NCBI GenBank assembly: GCA_016212375.1
Contig: JACRGH010000010.1
Span: 1 to 59,884 of the forward strand
From: Candidatus Micrarchaeota archaeon
Lineage (GTDB): Archaea > Micrarchaeota > Micrarchaeia > Norongarragalinales > Norongarragalinaceae
Direction of reading: 5' to 3'
DNA: 59,884 nt
Shown here piece after piece: positions 17,362 through 26,557 of the stretch; within the stretch, counting starts at the first letter, position 1, and each line of letters starts with the position of its first letter. Under the pieces are notes generated by a model, which was not told the DNA's origin, ran no database searches, and saw only the letters and a list, made by a program, of their open reading frames with translations. The position numbers were made by a program, and so were the translations under genes.

Positions 17362-18344
17362 GGTAAAAATTTGAACCTCTTACGGATGTCAGCGCCCATA
17401 CGGTTGATGTCGGCGTTCTTTTGCTCTTCGATGGATTTCTTGGTCCATGCAAAACCGGATTGGCTTTCCTCTTCAAATTGCTTCATGAACGCACCGGATT
17501 CGATATCGTCCAGGACCTTTTCCATGTTTTGCCGCACATGGTCGTCGATGATGCGAGGGCCGCTTTTCATGCCGCCAAAGCGTGCCGCTTCCGACACGCG
17601 CTCGTACATGCCGTCGATTCCGTAATGATAATACAAATCAACCAGACCGCGAAGTTCGTACAGCGTACCCAAATAGGCCATTTCCTTGGAATAACCCCGA
17701 TCCACCAGAGTCTGGTACGATGCCTTGACCAGTTCGGCCATGCCGCCGCACAACAGCGCCTGCTCCCCAAAAACATCACACGCCGCTTCATCTTTCACGC
17801 GGCATTCCAGCACGCCCATTTGGGTAAAGCCCAATGCCCTGCAAAGAGCCAAAGCGGTTTGCTTCGCCTTGCCTGAAACGTCCTTATGCACGGCAAAAGC
17901 CGCGACCATTCCTTGCAATGACAAAAAGGAAGAGCGGACCAAGCGGCCGGGACCAGACGGCGCCACCATCACCACATCATAATCTTTGGCAGGGTCAATC
18001 GTGCCGGAAAACAACGACAACCCGCCGGCCACCACCAACGTTTTACCGGAAAGTTCGGATTTAATTTGGTCAAAGACGGCCCCATGCGCCGCATCCGGCA
18101 CCAAGAGGCAGACCACATGGGCCCGCTTAGCGGCCTCGGAGTAGGAAAACGTCTGGAAGCCATCGGATTTGGCCCGCTCCAAGCTCGGACCGGGCCGGCC
18201 TCCCACCACGATCTTGAACCCGCCATCCCTAAAGTTAGCGGCTTGCGCTGAACCTTGGATGCCGTAGCCCAAAATGGCAATGGTCTTGCCAGTAAGCGTC
18301 TCTAAAGAGACGTCTTCCGTTCGGTAGACGTTCAATTCGGACAA
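17358..18344 (-). CDS. ilvC: ketol-acid reductoisomerase (class I)
   Basis: 328 aa. Rossmann motif IAILGYGIQGSAQAANFRDGG and C-terminal knotted-domain motifs. Confidence 0.92.
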   Translation of the reverse strand: MSELNVYRTEDVSLETLTGKTIAILGYGIQGSAQAANFRDGGFKIVVGGRPGPSLERAKSDGFQTFSYSEAAKRAHVVCLLVPDAAHGAVFDQIKSELSGKTLVVAGGLSLFSGTIDPAKDYDVVMVAPSGPGRLVRSSFLSLQGMVAAFAVHKDVSGKAKQTALALCRALGFTQMGVLECRVKDEAACDVFGEQALLCGGMAELVKASYQTLVDRGYSKEMAYLGTLYELRGLVDLYYHYGIDGMYERVSEAARFGGMKSGPRIIDDHVRQNMEKVLDDIESGAFMKQFEEESQSGFAWTKKSIEEQKNADINRMGADIRKRFKFLP

Positions 18345-18463
18345 AAATTTCCCACCACATGTACCCTTTCGACCAAACCCGCTTAAAAAGAAAAGTTTTT
18401 ATGGCCTGCGTTCAATTGTATTACATAGTAAAGCAGAATCGGAAGCAACAGAGCGGCGATTCC

Positions 18464-18781
18464 ATGCAGATGGTTACGATTTCATTGCGATTGCCCAAGT
18501 CGGTCAGCGACCAGTTGGACGCCTACATCGCGGAAAAAGGATACGCCACCAAGACGGAAGTGGTCCGGGATTTGATCCGGACGAAATTGGCTATGGAAAG
18601 CCTGGAAAAAACCCGTGGAGCACTGAAGGGCAAAGGAATCGTCATGCCGAAGTCCATGACGGAGTGGCGGAAGAAAAACTGGGAGCGGCTGCTCAAGGAA
18701 GCCGGCGGAGACCGGAAAAAAGCAATTGAGCTTTGGCAAAAAGAGACGGAAGATGCAGTGAAGGATTTACGGTTTGAGTGA
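18464..18781 (+). CDS. ribbon-helix-helix (CopG-like) protein with helical C-terminal tail
   Basis: Trimmed to the ATG at 18464. MQMVTISLRLPKSVSDQLDAYIAEKGYATKTEVVRDLIR is a typical RHH N-terminus. Confidence 0.65.
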   Translation: MQMVTISLRLPKSVSDQLDAYIAEKGYATKTEVVRDLIRTKLAMESLEKTRGALKGKGIVMPKSMTEWRKKNWERLLKEAGGDRKKAIELWQKETEDAVKDLRFE

Positions 18782-19210
18782 TTCCAAAAAGGTCTCAATC
18801 GTTTCGCACCGGACCCAAGGGACTGAAAGTTGTTTCAACGTACGATCGTTTGAAACCAGTACGTCGGAATATTTTGAAGCGAGTCGGACATGCATCCAAT
18901 CGTTGAATCCGAGTATGAACCCGGTCTTTTCATCTTGAAGATCGGCCCATTCGACGTCCTGTAGCGTGACCGGAACCATTTTCAATTTTTTCCTGGATTG
19001 CAATGAATCTAAAAATTGTTGGATGAGTAAGGAGGATCGGTTTCCAGACACGTGCTGGACTTCGCCAAAAACAGGGGCGGAAGCGGTTAATGAAAATCGA
19101 CAACCCAGCGAAACATCAAGCAACCGACGTACTTTTTCTTGTTCCGCTTCGCCTAGAAAATAGGCCAAATAGGCGTTCGCATCCAAATACGCATCATGCA
19201 TCCTCTCCAT
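18767..19210 (-). CDS. vapC: PIN-domain ribonuclease (VapC-like toxin)
   Basis: Acidic residues in the usual PIN positions (YLDAN, FGEV, FNDWMH, VSNDRT). The start is at 19210 or 19201. The 3' end overlaps the RHH gene convergently by 15 nt. Confidence 0.7.
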   Translation of the reverse strand: MERMHDAYLDANAYLAYFLGEAEQEKVRRLLDVSLGCRFSLTASAPVFGEVQHVSGNRSSLLIQQFLDSLQSRKKLKMVPVTLQDVEWADLQDEKTGFILGFNDWMHVRLASKYSDVLVSNDRTLKQLSVPWVRCETIETFLESLKP

Positions 19211-19304
19211 CCTGCCTTGGATGAAGCACAATTACTCGAAATATAAACCAAAACAGGCCAGTTGGCCGGTGAACGAAGACGAACCAGCCCGAATTCAAAA
19301 AAAA

Positions 19305-19742
19305 TTACAAGATGAACGCATGCACCTGCTGGACGCCTTTTTGGTGCTTGAACCGGTTGAACAGCTCGCGCAACCGCTTGGCATCCCCTTGAGCCATGAC
19401 CACTTCGACGCAACGGCGGTGGCTTTGCTGGTGCAAGCTGGTGGAAACGGAATCCTCAAAATCATGGAGGAGGTGGGCCAAACCGTCTTCGTGCTCTTTG
19501 CCGTGGGACACAACGAAAACGACATTGTGCCGACCCGCCAGTTCATCCATCAGACGGTATTCGGCCAACAAGGCATGCAAACCGGCCCTCAGTAATTTGG
19601 AGCGGTTGGAAAAGCCCAATTTTTCCTGCATGGCCGAAAGCGAGGCCAGTTCGTCGGATGACAACGAAATGCTCAAGACCTCGGCTTTCGATTTTTTCGA
19701 GGACGAAACCACCGTTTTGGCACGATTGTTAAGCGGACGCAT
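19305..19742 (-). CDS. NikR-like metal-responsive regulator (RHH + ACT-like metal-binding domain)
   Basis: N-terminal RHH (LSISLSSDELASLSAMQEKLGFSNRSKLLRAGL) and a C-terminal domain with His/Cys ligand candidates (HGKEHEDGLAHLLHDF, HRRC). Divergent from a ZIP transporter gene. Confidence 0.7.
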   Translation of the reverse strand: MRPLNNRAKTVVSSSKKSKAEVLSISLSSDELASLSAMQEKLGFSNRSKLLRAGLHALLAEYRLMDELAGRHNVVFVVSHGKEHEDGLAHLLHDFEDSVSTSLHQQSHRRCVEVVMAQGDAKRLRELFNRFKHQKGVQQVHAFIL

Positions 19743-19754
19743 GAAAACACCCTG

Positions 19755-19770
19755 AAATTATTAATAATTT
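19755..19770. promoter_or_regulatory. perfect 16-bp AT palindrome AAATTATTAATAATTT in the NikR-like/ZIP divergent intergenic region
   Basis: Verified as self-complementary by eye. It lies 13-28 nt from the regulator ATG and 39-54 nt from the ZIP ATG. It could be a bidirectional TATA element, an operator, or both. Confidence 0.35.
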
Positions 19771-19808
19771 AAGAAATATTTATTAACGTCAGATTGAACT
19801 AATTTGCC

Positions 19809-20558
19809 ATGGTCCTGGAATACATCATAGGCGCCACCATCATCGTCAGCCTGATTTCGCTCATCGGCATCATCACTATACCCTTCAAGGAAAAAACCCT
19901 GAACAACGTCATTTTCGTCCTGGTCGGTTTTGCCACCGGCGCAGTGCTGGGAGCCATCTTTTTTGACCTGATACCACAAGCCATAGCCGATTCAGGTGCG
20001 GCCACCGTGATGGCAGCCACGCTGGGGGGATTGCTTGCGGGGTTTGTGTTGGAAAAAATAATTTCCTGGCACCACCACCACGTGCCGCACAAAGGCCACC
20101 ACCATGACGAAAAGCCCCTAGGTTACCTCAACCTGCTCGGGGATGCGTTGCACAACTTTTTTGACGGCGTGGCCATTGCCGCAAGTTTCCTCGTCAGCGT
20201 ACCCATCGGCATCACCACTACGACCGCGATTGCTTTGCATGAAATCCCCCACGAGATGGGCAATTTCGGCCTGTTTTTGTACAGCGGCTTTGGAAAGAAA
20301 AAAGCCATCGCATTCAACTTGGTCGGCGCGTTGGCATCCGTCGCCGGCGGCGTGATGTTCTTTTACTTTGCCCCGGCCGTCACCAGCCTCAAAGCCATCG
20401 GCCTTTCGTTCAGCGCCGGTACCTTGTTGTATATCGCCACGACCGATTTGTTTCCCGAATTGCATAAAGAAACCCGGTTGCAGCAGACGCTGGCCCAATT
20501 GGCACTGATTTTTGTCGGAATCGGCACGATGTACGCCCTCATCCAATGGCTCGGTTAA
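19809..20558 (+). CDS. ZIP-family (ZupT-like) divalent metal transporter
   Basis: 249 aa, multi-TM. His-rich loop HHHHVPHKGHHHDE and the ZIP signature HEIPHEMGNFG. Confidence 0.9.
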   Translation: MVLEYIIGATIIVSLISLIGIITIPFKEKTLNNVIFVLVGFATGAVLGAIFFDLIPQAIADSGAATVMAATLGGLLAGFVLEKIISWHHHHVPHKGHHHDEKPLGYLNLLGDALHNFFDGVAIAASFLVSVPIGITTTTAIALHEIPHEMGNFGLFLYSGFGKKKAIAFNLVGALASVAGGVMFFYFAPAVTSLKAIGLSFSAGTLLYIATTDLFPELHKETRLQQTLAQLALIFVGIGTMYALIQWLG

Positions 20559-20618
20559 ACGCAAACAAACGGCTTTGGAAAAAAAGCAGAAAAAACCGAA
20601 AAATCCAAGGTAACAAGG

Positions 20619-21233
20619 ATGCAAGACCGAACCAAAGCCAGATTTTTGCCGCTTATTCTGCTGGCCGCCGCATTGCTGTTCTACACCACCACCCTACCCA
20701 CGATTAGCTTGGCACGCACAATCAGCAAATCGTTCGCCGTTTCAGCCGTGGTTTTGCTTTCCCTCAGTTTGGCCATTGGCGCACTGGCCCGCAGCTGGCA
20801 CAAGGCAGTTCCCGCCGTGCCATACCGCAAGTTCTGGGGATTGGTGGGAGTTGCATTTGCCCTGTTGCACGCGGGTATCGCGTTTTCCGACCCGCTGATT
20901 TTTTCGGTTTCCTTGGCCCTCTCACGACAGAACGTCCAATTGGGCTTGGTAGCCCTGATCATCTTCGCGTTTTTGGCCGTCACCTCAAATCGGTGGGCGG
21001 AAAAGCGGCTGGGGTTCAAGTACTGGAAACGATTGCAGCAATTGGGCTACCTTGCCTTGGCATTCGTGGGGCTTGATTTGCTCGTGCTGGGCAGCGGCAC
21101 GTTCGTCCGCACGCCGTTGGGATTGTTGTTGGGCGGCATCGTTGCCGCGACATTGGGCCTTGCGGCTTGGGACGTTTGGAAAAATAAAAAAAGAAGCCGG
21201 AAAACCGGCCCGGAAAACGTTAGCCGAAAATAA
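20619..21233 (+). CDS. ferric-reductase-like / MsrQ(YedZ)-like transmembrane protein
   Basis: 204 aa, about 6 TM helices with conserved-looking His in the TM segments (LLHAGIAF). Size and topology resemble YedZ-type heme-b membrane subunits. The family assignment is tentative. Confidence 0.5.
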   Translation: MQDRTKARFLPLILLAAALLFYTTTLPTISLARTISKSFAVSAVVLLSLSLAIGALARSWHKAVPAVPYRKFWGLVGVAFALLHAGIAFSDPLIFSVSLALSRQNVQLGLVALIIFAFLAVTSNRWAEKRLGFKYWKRLQQLGYLALAFVGLDLLVLGSGTFVRTPLGLLLGGIVAATLGLAAWDVWKNKKRSRKTGPENVSRK

Positions 21234-21238
21234 AAAAA

Positions 21239-21592
21239 TTAAGCGATCTTGGCGCCGTGGGCGTCAAACCAGGCCTTCAGATCGTTTTGGCTTTGCTCGC
21301 CGGACAGCGCATCGCCGTTGGCGGCAATCCAAGTGGGTGTGCCGGATACGTTGTACTTCGACCAATATTGCGGATTCTTCTGGACGTTCATCATCTTGAC
21401 GCGGTAGCCGGAGTCTCCCAACGCCGACAAAATCGGCTTCATACGCTGGCAGTGAACGCAGTCATCCGAATAAAAATACATCACGGGCGAGAGGTCGGAC
21501 GCATACGGAAGCGTTGATGAAAAGGCTCCGAATGCCAATGCGCCGACGATAACGACGACGATAATCCCGACAAACAACCATTTGCTATCCAT
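21239..21592 (-). CDS. membrane-anchored thioredoxin-like protein (CVHC)
   Basis: N-terminal TM helix, then a thioredoxin fold with YFYSDDCVHCQRMKP and GTPTW. The ATG at 21592 is preceded by GGGGTG. Confidence 0.8.
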   Translation of the reverse strand: MDSKWLFVGIIVVVIVGALAFGAFSSTLPYASDLSPVMYFYSDDCVHCQRMKPILSALGDSGYRVKMMNVQKNPQYWSKYNVSGTPTWIAANGDALSGEQSQNDLKAWFDAHGAKIA

Positions 21593-21746
21593 AGCACTAA
21601 ACACCCCAAATGCGACAATGCTTCTTTAAAGAATAGCTTTTACGACAAACCCGGATTTAAAACCGAGGGTATTGGCGGGCACTCTTAAAAGCCAAGACAC
21701 CGCAATCATTGTGGCTATGAATCGAACGATAAAAGGATAATCGATT

Positions 21747-22202
21747 ATGACGCTTTACATCGCCTCGGACCACGCCGGTTTCGCGCTAAAAGAAAAAATC
21801 AAAGCCGCCCTGAAAGTCCAAAAAATCACGGTGGAAGATTTGGGCACCAATAACGAGGAATCCGTGGACTACCCCGATTTCGCCGAAACCCTGTCCCGTC
21901 GCGTGGCTCAAAAACCGGAACAGAACAAAGGTATCCTGGTCTGCGGCACCGGCATCGGCATGAGCATTGCGGCCAACAAGGTGCCCGGCGTGCGCGCGGC
22001 CATGATTTACGACGATTTTTCAGCAAAAGCCGCAAGCGAGCACAACGACGCCAATGTGGCCTGTTTTGGCGGACGTACGCAAAAAATCGGGGACGTCAAA
22101 CGGTGGATTGAAAAGTGGATGAAGACCCCGGCAAGTCTGGAGACGCGCCATCGCCGCCGCATTGATAAAATCACGGAAATCGAAGAGAAGAATTGTTGTT
22201 AA
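21747..22202 (+). CDS. rpiB: ribose-5-phosphate isomerase B
   Basis: 151 aa. IASDHAGFALKE...GILVCGTGIGMSIAANK is the typical RpiB/LacAB pattern. Confidence 0.92.
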   Translation: MTLYIASDHAGFALKEKIKAALKVQKITVEDLGTNNEESVDYPDFAETLSRRVAQKPEQNKGILVCGTGIGMSIAANKVPGVRAAMIYDDFSAKAASEHNDANVACFGGRTQKIGDVKRWIEKWMKTPASLETRHRRRIDKITEIEEKNCC

Positions 22203-22267
22203 AAATACAAGGCGCAAGAAAAAAAATCGCGTGAATTGAAAAACAAGAAACCCAGGTGCAAACCACC

Positions 22268-22921
22268 ATGAATCCCAAAACCCAAATCAGCCCCTCGTTG
22301 TTGTCGCTTCCGGAAGACCAAGTCAAGGAATGGGTCAAAAAAATCGACGGCAAAGTCGATTCGTTCCACATCGACGTCATGGACAACCAGTTCGTGCCCA
22401 ACTTCACGTTGGAGCGCTTCGCCCCGCCGTTTGTCGCGCAACTGAAGACCAAATCGCAAAAGCACGTGCACTTGATGACGGAAATCCCGTCCAAATATTA
22501 CAATACCTACTTTGAAGCCGGCGCATCAGTCATCATCTTCCACGAGGAAGCCGTGAAAAACCCGACGCTTGAAGTGCGCGCCATCCAAAAATTCGGCATC
22601 CGTGCCGGCGTAAGCATCAAACCCAACACCCCCGCGTCGGTACTGGATGACTACCTAGAGCAAGTGGATTTCGTCTTGGTCATGACGGTGGAGCCCGGAT
22701 TCGGGGGCCAAAGTTTCATGTCGGAACAATTGGACAAAGTAAAGGAATTACGCGCAAAGCGGCCAGGATTGGACATCGGCGTGGACGGCGGCATCAACCC
22801 GGAAACCGCCAAACTCTGCCTTAAAGCAGGTGCCAACATCCTGATTGCCGGAAACGCCATCTTCAACGCGCACGACCCGATGGCGGCGTTGGAAAAGTTC
22901 AACCGACTGAAAAAAGAGTAA
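22268..22921 (+). CDS. rpe: ribulose-phosphate 3-epimerase
   Basis: ISPSLLS...HIDVMDNQFVPN...MTVEPGFGGQSF...VDGGIN. The ATG at 22268 follows CAGGTG; the ORF-track start at 22256 is the GTG of that SD-like element. Confidence 0.92.
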   Translation: MNPKTQISPSLLSLPEDQVKEWVKKIDGKVDSFHIDVMDNQFVPNFTLERFAPPFVAQLKTKSQKHVHLMTEIPSKYYNTYFEAGASVIIFHEEAVKNPTLEVRAIQKFGIRAGVSIKPNTPASVLDDYLEQVDFVLVMTVEPGFGGQSFMSEQLDKVKELRAKRPGLDIGVDGGINPETAKLCLKAGANILIAGNAIFNAHDPMAALEKFNRLKKE

Positions 22922-22923
22922 CT

Positions 22924-23274
22924 TTACAAGTCGAAGAATTTCGCCAACAAACGTTTAATTTTTCCAAAATATTCAGGCGTCACCCGGCCGATACGTTTGC
23001 TGATTAACCTCTTGTCGGAAACCATGGGAAAATCGACCCGAGTTATGCTTGGTTTAAACAAAATTCCGTCGGTTAAATCTTTTTGAACCATTGGCAAACC
23101 GAAATCGTTGATTTGGGCGGACGAAGTAATTTTGACGACGACCACATCCGGTGACTGGTCATTGTAATCTGCTGGGCTTACGACTAAAGCCGGACGGCGT
23201 TTGGACTGGGTGGAATCCGAGTAGGTGAAATCCAGGACAACGATGTCGCCCGGTTCAAGTCTTGAATAATTCAT
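22924..23274 (-). CDS. mazF: PemK/MazF-family toxin
   Basis: LEPGDIVVLDFTYSDSTQSKRRPALVVSP...VVVVKITSS is the typical PemK pattern. The ATG at 23274 overlaps the upstream antitoxin gene by 20 nt. Confidence 0.8.
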   Translation of the reverse strand: MNYSRLEPGDIVVLDFTYSDSTQSKRRPALVVSPADYNDQSPDVVVVKITSSAQINDFGLPMVQKDLTDGILFKPSITRVDFPMVSDKRLISKRIGRVTPEYFGKIKRLLAKFFDL

Positions 23275-23479
23275 CCGCATCACTCCAATCATCCTTCGCA
23301 CGGGCATAAGCGTATTTACGGAATGGGTCGTCTTTTTCCAACCGTTTGGCAAACTGGACAGCCGCCTGGCGCATGATTTCCGTCCATTTGATTTCAGGGT
23401 GTTTTTTCATCGTCTTGTACGTCTCTTCGGGAACTGACAGTGTTACATTGACCAAAGCCATCACCACCTTATTTACCAT
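23255..23479 (-). CDS. putative antitoxin partner of the MazF-like toxin
   Basis: 74-aa ORF immediately upstream of and overlapping the toxin gene. Acidic C-terminus. No family motif recognised. Confidence 0.6.
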   Translation of the reverse strand: MVNKVVMALVNVTLSVPEETYKTMKKHPEIKWTEIMRQAAVQFAKRLEKDDPFRKYAYARAKDDWSDADELFKT

Positions 23480-23585
23480 AATTAAGGCGTTTAAGGTTTT
23501 TATGGTTTCGGGTCATGGCGACTGAACGCCAATACGCGCACCTTTAAGAATTTCAAGACGCCTTTTTATGAGTTGGGTGGAAAAA

Positions 23586-24230
23586 ATGAAGTTCTTTCTT
23601 GATACTGCAATCGTCGATGAAATCCGCAAAGCCAACGAATTCGGCATTTTGGACGGGGTTACGACCAACCCCAGCCTGGTTTACAAGTCCGGCCGGCCGT
23701 TCAAGGACGTCCTGACCGACATCTGCAAAATCGTGGACGGCCCGGTTTCCGCCGAAGTCACAACCCTCACGGCGGCAGAAATGGTCAAACAAGGCCTGGA
23801 GCTTGCTAAAATCCACAAGAACATCGTGGTGAAACTGCCGATGACCGAAGAGGGCGTCAAAGCCTGCAAGCAGTTGTCCGGAAAAGGCGTAAAAATCAAC
23901 GCCACGCTCATTTTTTCGGCATCGCAGGCCTTGGTCATGGCCAAAGCCGGAGCCTCCTACGTCTCACCGTTCATCGGCCGACTTGACGATATTTCCGAAG
24001 ACGGCATGTGCTTGATTGACGACATCCGTGAAATCTTCGACAACTACGACATCAAATCCGAAATCTTGGCCGCCTCCATCCGCCACCCCATGCACATCGT
24101 GGAATGCGCCAAAGCCGGAGCCGACATCGCCACGATGCCTTACACGGTTTTCCAGCAACTGTTCAAACACCCCCTCACGGACGTTGGCCTCAAGAAGTTC
24201 ATGGACGATTGGGATAAGGCGAAGAAGTAG
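23586..24230 (+). CDS. tal: transaldolase / fructose-6-phosphate aldolase (short TalC/Fsa type)
   Basis: MKFFLDTA...GVTTNPSL...VVKLPMT (Schiff-base Lys)...INATLIFS. The ATG at 23586 follows GGTGG. Confidence 0.92.
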   Translation: MKFFLDTAIVDEIRKANEFGILDGVTTNPSLVYKSGRPFKDVLTDICKIVDGPVSAEVTTLTAAEMVKQGLELAKIHKNIVVKLPMTEEGVKACKQLSGKGVKINATLIFSASQALVMAKAGASYVSPFIGRLDDISEDGMCLIDDIREIFDNYDIKSEILAASIRHPMHIVECAKAGADIATMPYTVFQQLFKHPLTDVGLKKFMDDWDKAKK

Positions 24231-24242
24231 GCGACATGAAAA

Positions 24243-24566
24243 ATGAAAGAACTCGTAAGAAAGATTGTTGAATTTAAGAAAAAAGGCGGAGAGGTTAATT
24301 TATACGATTCACCAGATTCAACCTCCATTTCATATGCAAGAGAAGAAAACAGAAAATTACCTTGGCTGGAACTTATAGGAGATAAAAGGCACGCCGATTT
24401 AATTGAAGAAATCAACCAACACTTGACCCGCATCGGTATCAAACCTGAGTTTCAAAAAGAAAGTAACCGAATCGACTGCTATTGGAAATTATTTGACGGC
24501 AAGCAAATGGGTTTAGGAGACTTACTGATTGGAAAAAATGAAGCCCAAACCAAATCCGCCGTTTGA
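24243..24566 (+). CDS. hypothetical protein (AT-richer orphan)
   Basis: 107-aa ORF, visibly more AT-rich than its neighbours. No recognisable motif. Confidence 0.45.
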   Translation: MKELVRKIVEFKKKGGEVNLYDSPDSTSISYAREENRKLPWLELIGDKRHADLIEEINQHLTRIGIKPEFQKESNRIDCYWKLFDGKQMGLGDLLIGKNEAQTKSAV

Positions 24567-24631
24567 ATCAAAAAATCCAGATGGTTCAATTAGTCGAAGA
24601 GTTGCATATCCGTTCGACATTTGGTAACAAC

Positions 24632-25063
24632 TTAATCGAACGGATTCACCGCCTTGATCCCCGGAATCTTTCCAAAGTCCTCCACGTTTTCCGTGTAAAT
24701 CGTGTCGATTCCGTTTTCAAACATTGTGGCGGCAAGGAGGGCGTCGAAGAAATGGACCGAATGCCGTTCCGAAAGGTCCAAAGCAAAGACGACCGTTTGG
24801 CCGGTGTAGCCGAAACAGTGGAAGTCCTGCTTGAGATGCTGGACGTATTGGCGGATTTTCCCAAACCCCGCAGGTTCAGAGGATTTATGCCGCAAGACAT
24901 TGGAAAACTCCGCCAGGTTTTGGGCACCGATTACGCCCCGGTCGTTGCGGACCAACCTATCCAGCACGCCCATCGCGGCATCGTGCTTGGGCGAACCATG
25001 ATGGAACGCATGGACCAGGACGTTGGAGTCAATCCATTCCCTGTTTCCGGAGCCGTTCCGCAT
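24632..25063 (-). CDS. vapC: PIN-domain toxin VapC
   Basis: WIDSNVLV (N-terminal Asp), AEF, FFDALLAA and TENVEDF are typical PIN acidic positions. Overlaps the upstream RHH antitoxin gene by 35 nt. Confidence 0.8.
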   Translation of the reverse strand: MRNGSGNREWIDSNVLVHAFHHGSPKHDAAMGVLDRLVRNDRGVIGAQNLAEFSNVLRHKSSEPAGFGKIRQYVQHLKQDFHCFGYTGQTVVFALDLSERHSVHFFDALLAATMFENGIDTIYTENVEDFGKIPGIKAVNPFD

Positions 25064-25319
25064 AGATATCTTCCCTCTTTTCGTACGCTTTGCCACCTTT
25101 GAGGTCAAGCGCCATACCATCCGTCATCAAGGCCATGAGCCGGTCAGCGGCTTTGTTACGGGCCTTTTGTTCCATCTTCCGACGGACCCAATCGTGGACC
25201 GCTTCGGCAATCATCGTGCTGATGGCGCCTTTTTTTCCGCCGAAATCCTCGTTCGCACATTCCCGAATGAGCGCCTCATCGGCCTCGCTTATCGAAATCA
25301 ACAATCGGCCCATTTCCAT
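25029..25319 (-). CDS. vapB: RHH/CopG-like antitoxin VapB
   Basis: 96-aa ORF directly upstream of the PIN gene. N-terminal LLISISEADEALIRECA is a beta-strand/helix RHH-like segment. Confidence 0.65.
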   Translation of the reverse strand: MEMGRLLISISEADEALIRECANEDFGGKKGAISTMIAEAVHDWVRRKMEQKARNKAADRLMALMTDGMALDLKGGKAYEKREDIYAERLRKQGMD

Positions 25320-25553
25320 GCACCTTCCCTCGATACGGGGACAATTAAACCTTGGGTGGAAATTTGTTCTACCATCGAAATAAGTACACCCAACTATCCG
25401 TTGCTAAATATATACAACTATGCATCATAGATATATAACTGATTTTCGGTTTTGGCAAATGGTGAAGTTCGCCAAAAAATGGCCGCACACTTGGGCTATT
25501 AAATCCGTTTCCGCTTAAGGGAAAGCACGGATAAAAATAAGGACTGAAAAATA

Positions 25554-26408
25554 ATGGACAAAAAAAAGCTCAAAGCACTCAAATTGACCGCGAACACCTT
25601 GCGCCAGGACGTCATCCAGATGCTTCTGGCAGCTGGAGCCGGTCACACCGGCGGGCCACTGGGAATGGCGGACGTTTTTGCCAATTTGTACTTCAACGTC
25701 GCCAAACATGACCCGAAAAAACCGCATTGGGAAGGTCGGGACCGAATTGTCTTGTCCAATGGGCACATCTGCGCCATTTTGTACGCCTCGTTAGCGGAAG
25801 CCGGATACTTACCAAAAGAAGAGCTCAAAACGTTCCGCAAGCTGGATTCGCGACTTCAGGGCCACCCCGCGCGCATGGATTTGCCGGGCGTGGAAACGTC
25901 CGCCGGTTCGCTTGGACAAGGCATTGGCGTGGCCGTGGGCATGGCCATGGCGGCTAAGCTTGACTCCAAACCGCACACCATTTTCGCGTTGATGGGAGAC
26001 GGCGAGCTGAACGAGGGTAGCTGTTGGGAATCATTCTTGAACGCCCACAAATTCAAACTCGACAACCTATTGGTCATGGTGGACCGCAATGACATCCAAA
26101 TCGACGGCTACGGCCACGTCGTATTGCCGTTGGACCCGCTGGCCGACAAATTCAAGGCATTTGGGTTTGACGTGTTTGAAGCGGATGGCAACGACATGGC
26201 CCAAGTGGTCTCAATGACCGAAAAGGCCATGAAAACCAAGAACCAAAAACCCCGCGTCATCATCTGGAAGACCATCATGGGTAAAGGCGTGGACTTCATG
26301 CAGAATTTGCCCAAATGGCACGGCATCCCACCCAATGCGGAACAGGCGGCGGAAGCCATGAAGCAGTTGCAAGCGGAACGGGTCCGCATCGAGGCCGAAA
26401 AGGCGTAA
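25554..26408 (+). CDS. transketolase, N-terminal (TPP-binding) subunit
   Basis: GHTGGPLGMADV, GSLGQGIGVAVGMA and GDGELNEGS motifs. 284 aa, the size of a split-type archaeal or bacterial subunit. Confidence 0.92.
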   Translation: MDKKKLKALKLTANTLRQDVIQMLLAAGAGHTGGPLGMADVFANLYFNVAKHDPKKPHWEGRDRIVLSNGHICAILYASLAEAGYLPKEELKTFRKLDSRLQGHPARMDLPGVETSAGSLGQGIGVAVGMAMAAKLDSKPHTIFALMGDGELNEGSCWESFLNAHKFKLDNLLVMVDRNDIQIDGYGHVVLPLDPLADKFKAFGFDVFEADGNDMAQVVSMTEKAMKTKNQKPRVIIWKTIMGKGVDFMQNLPKWHGIPPNAEQAAEAMKQLQAERVRIEAEKA

Positions 26409-26557
26409 CAAGAAAGTCACAAAAGAAAATCACTACCGTAAAGCGCAAAGAAAAAAAAACGAAAACGCAATTCAAAGGAAAAAGATAAATGTGAACTTAA
26501 GCGAAAAAAACCAATGAAAGAACCGAATTCGTAATCGAAAACTTGACGTGAAAACCG

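Noticed and set aside
26409-26557. A-rich 149-nt gap between the two transketolase halves, considered as a possible disrupted full-length tkt
   Set aside because: Both halves have proper starts and stops and the sizes usual for split transketolases. There is no frame continuity across the gap.
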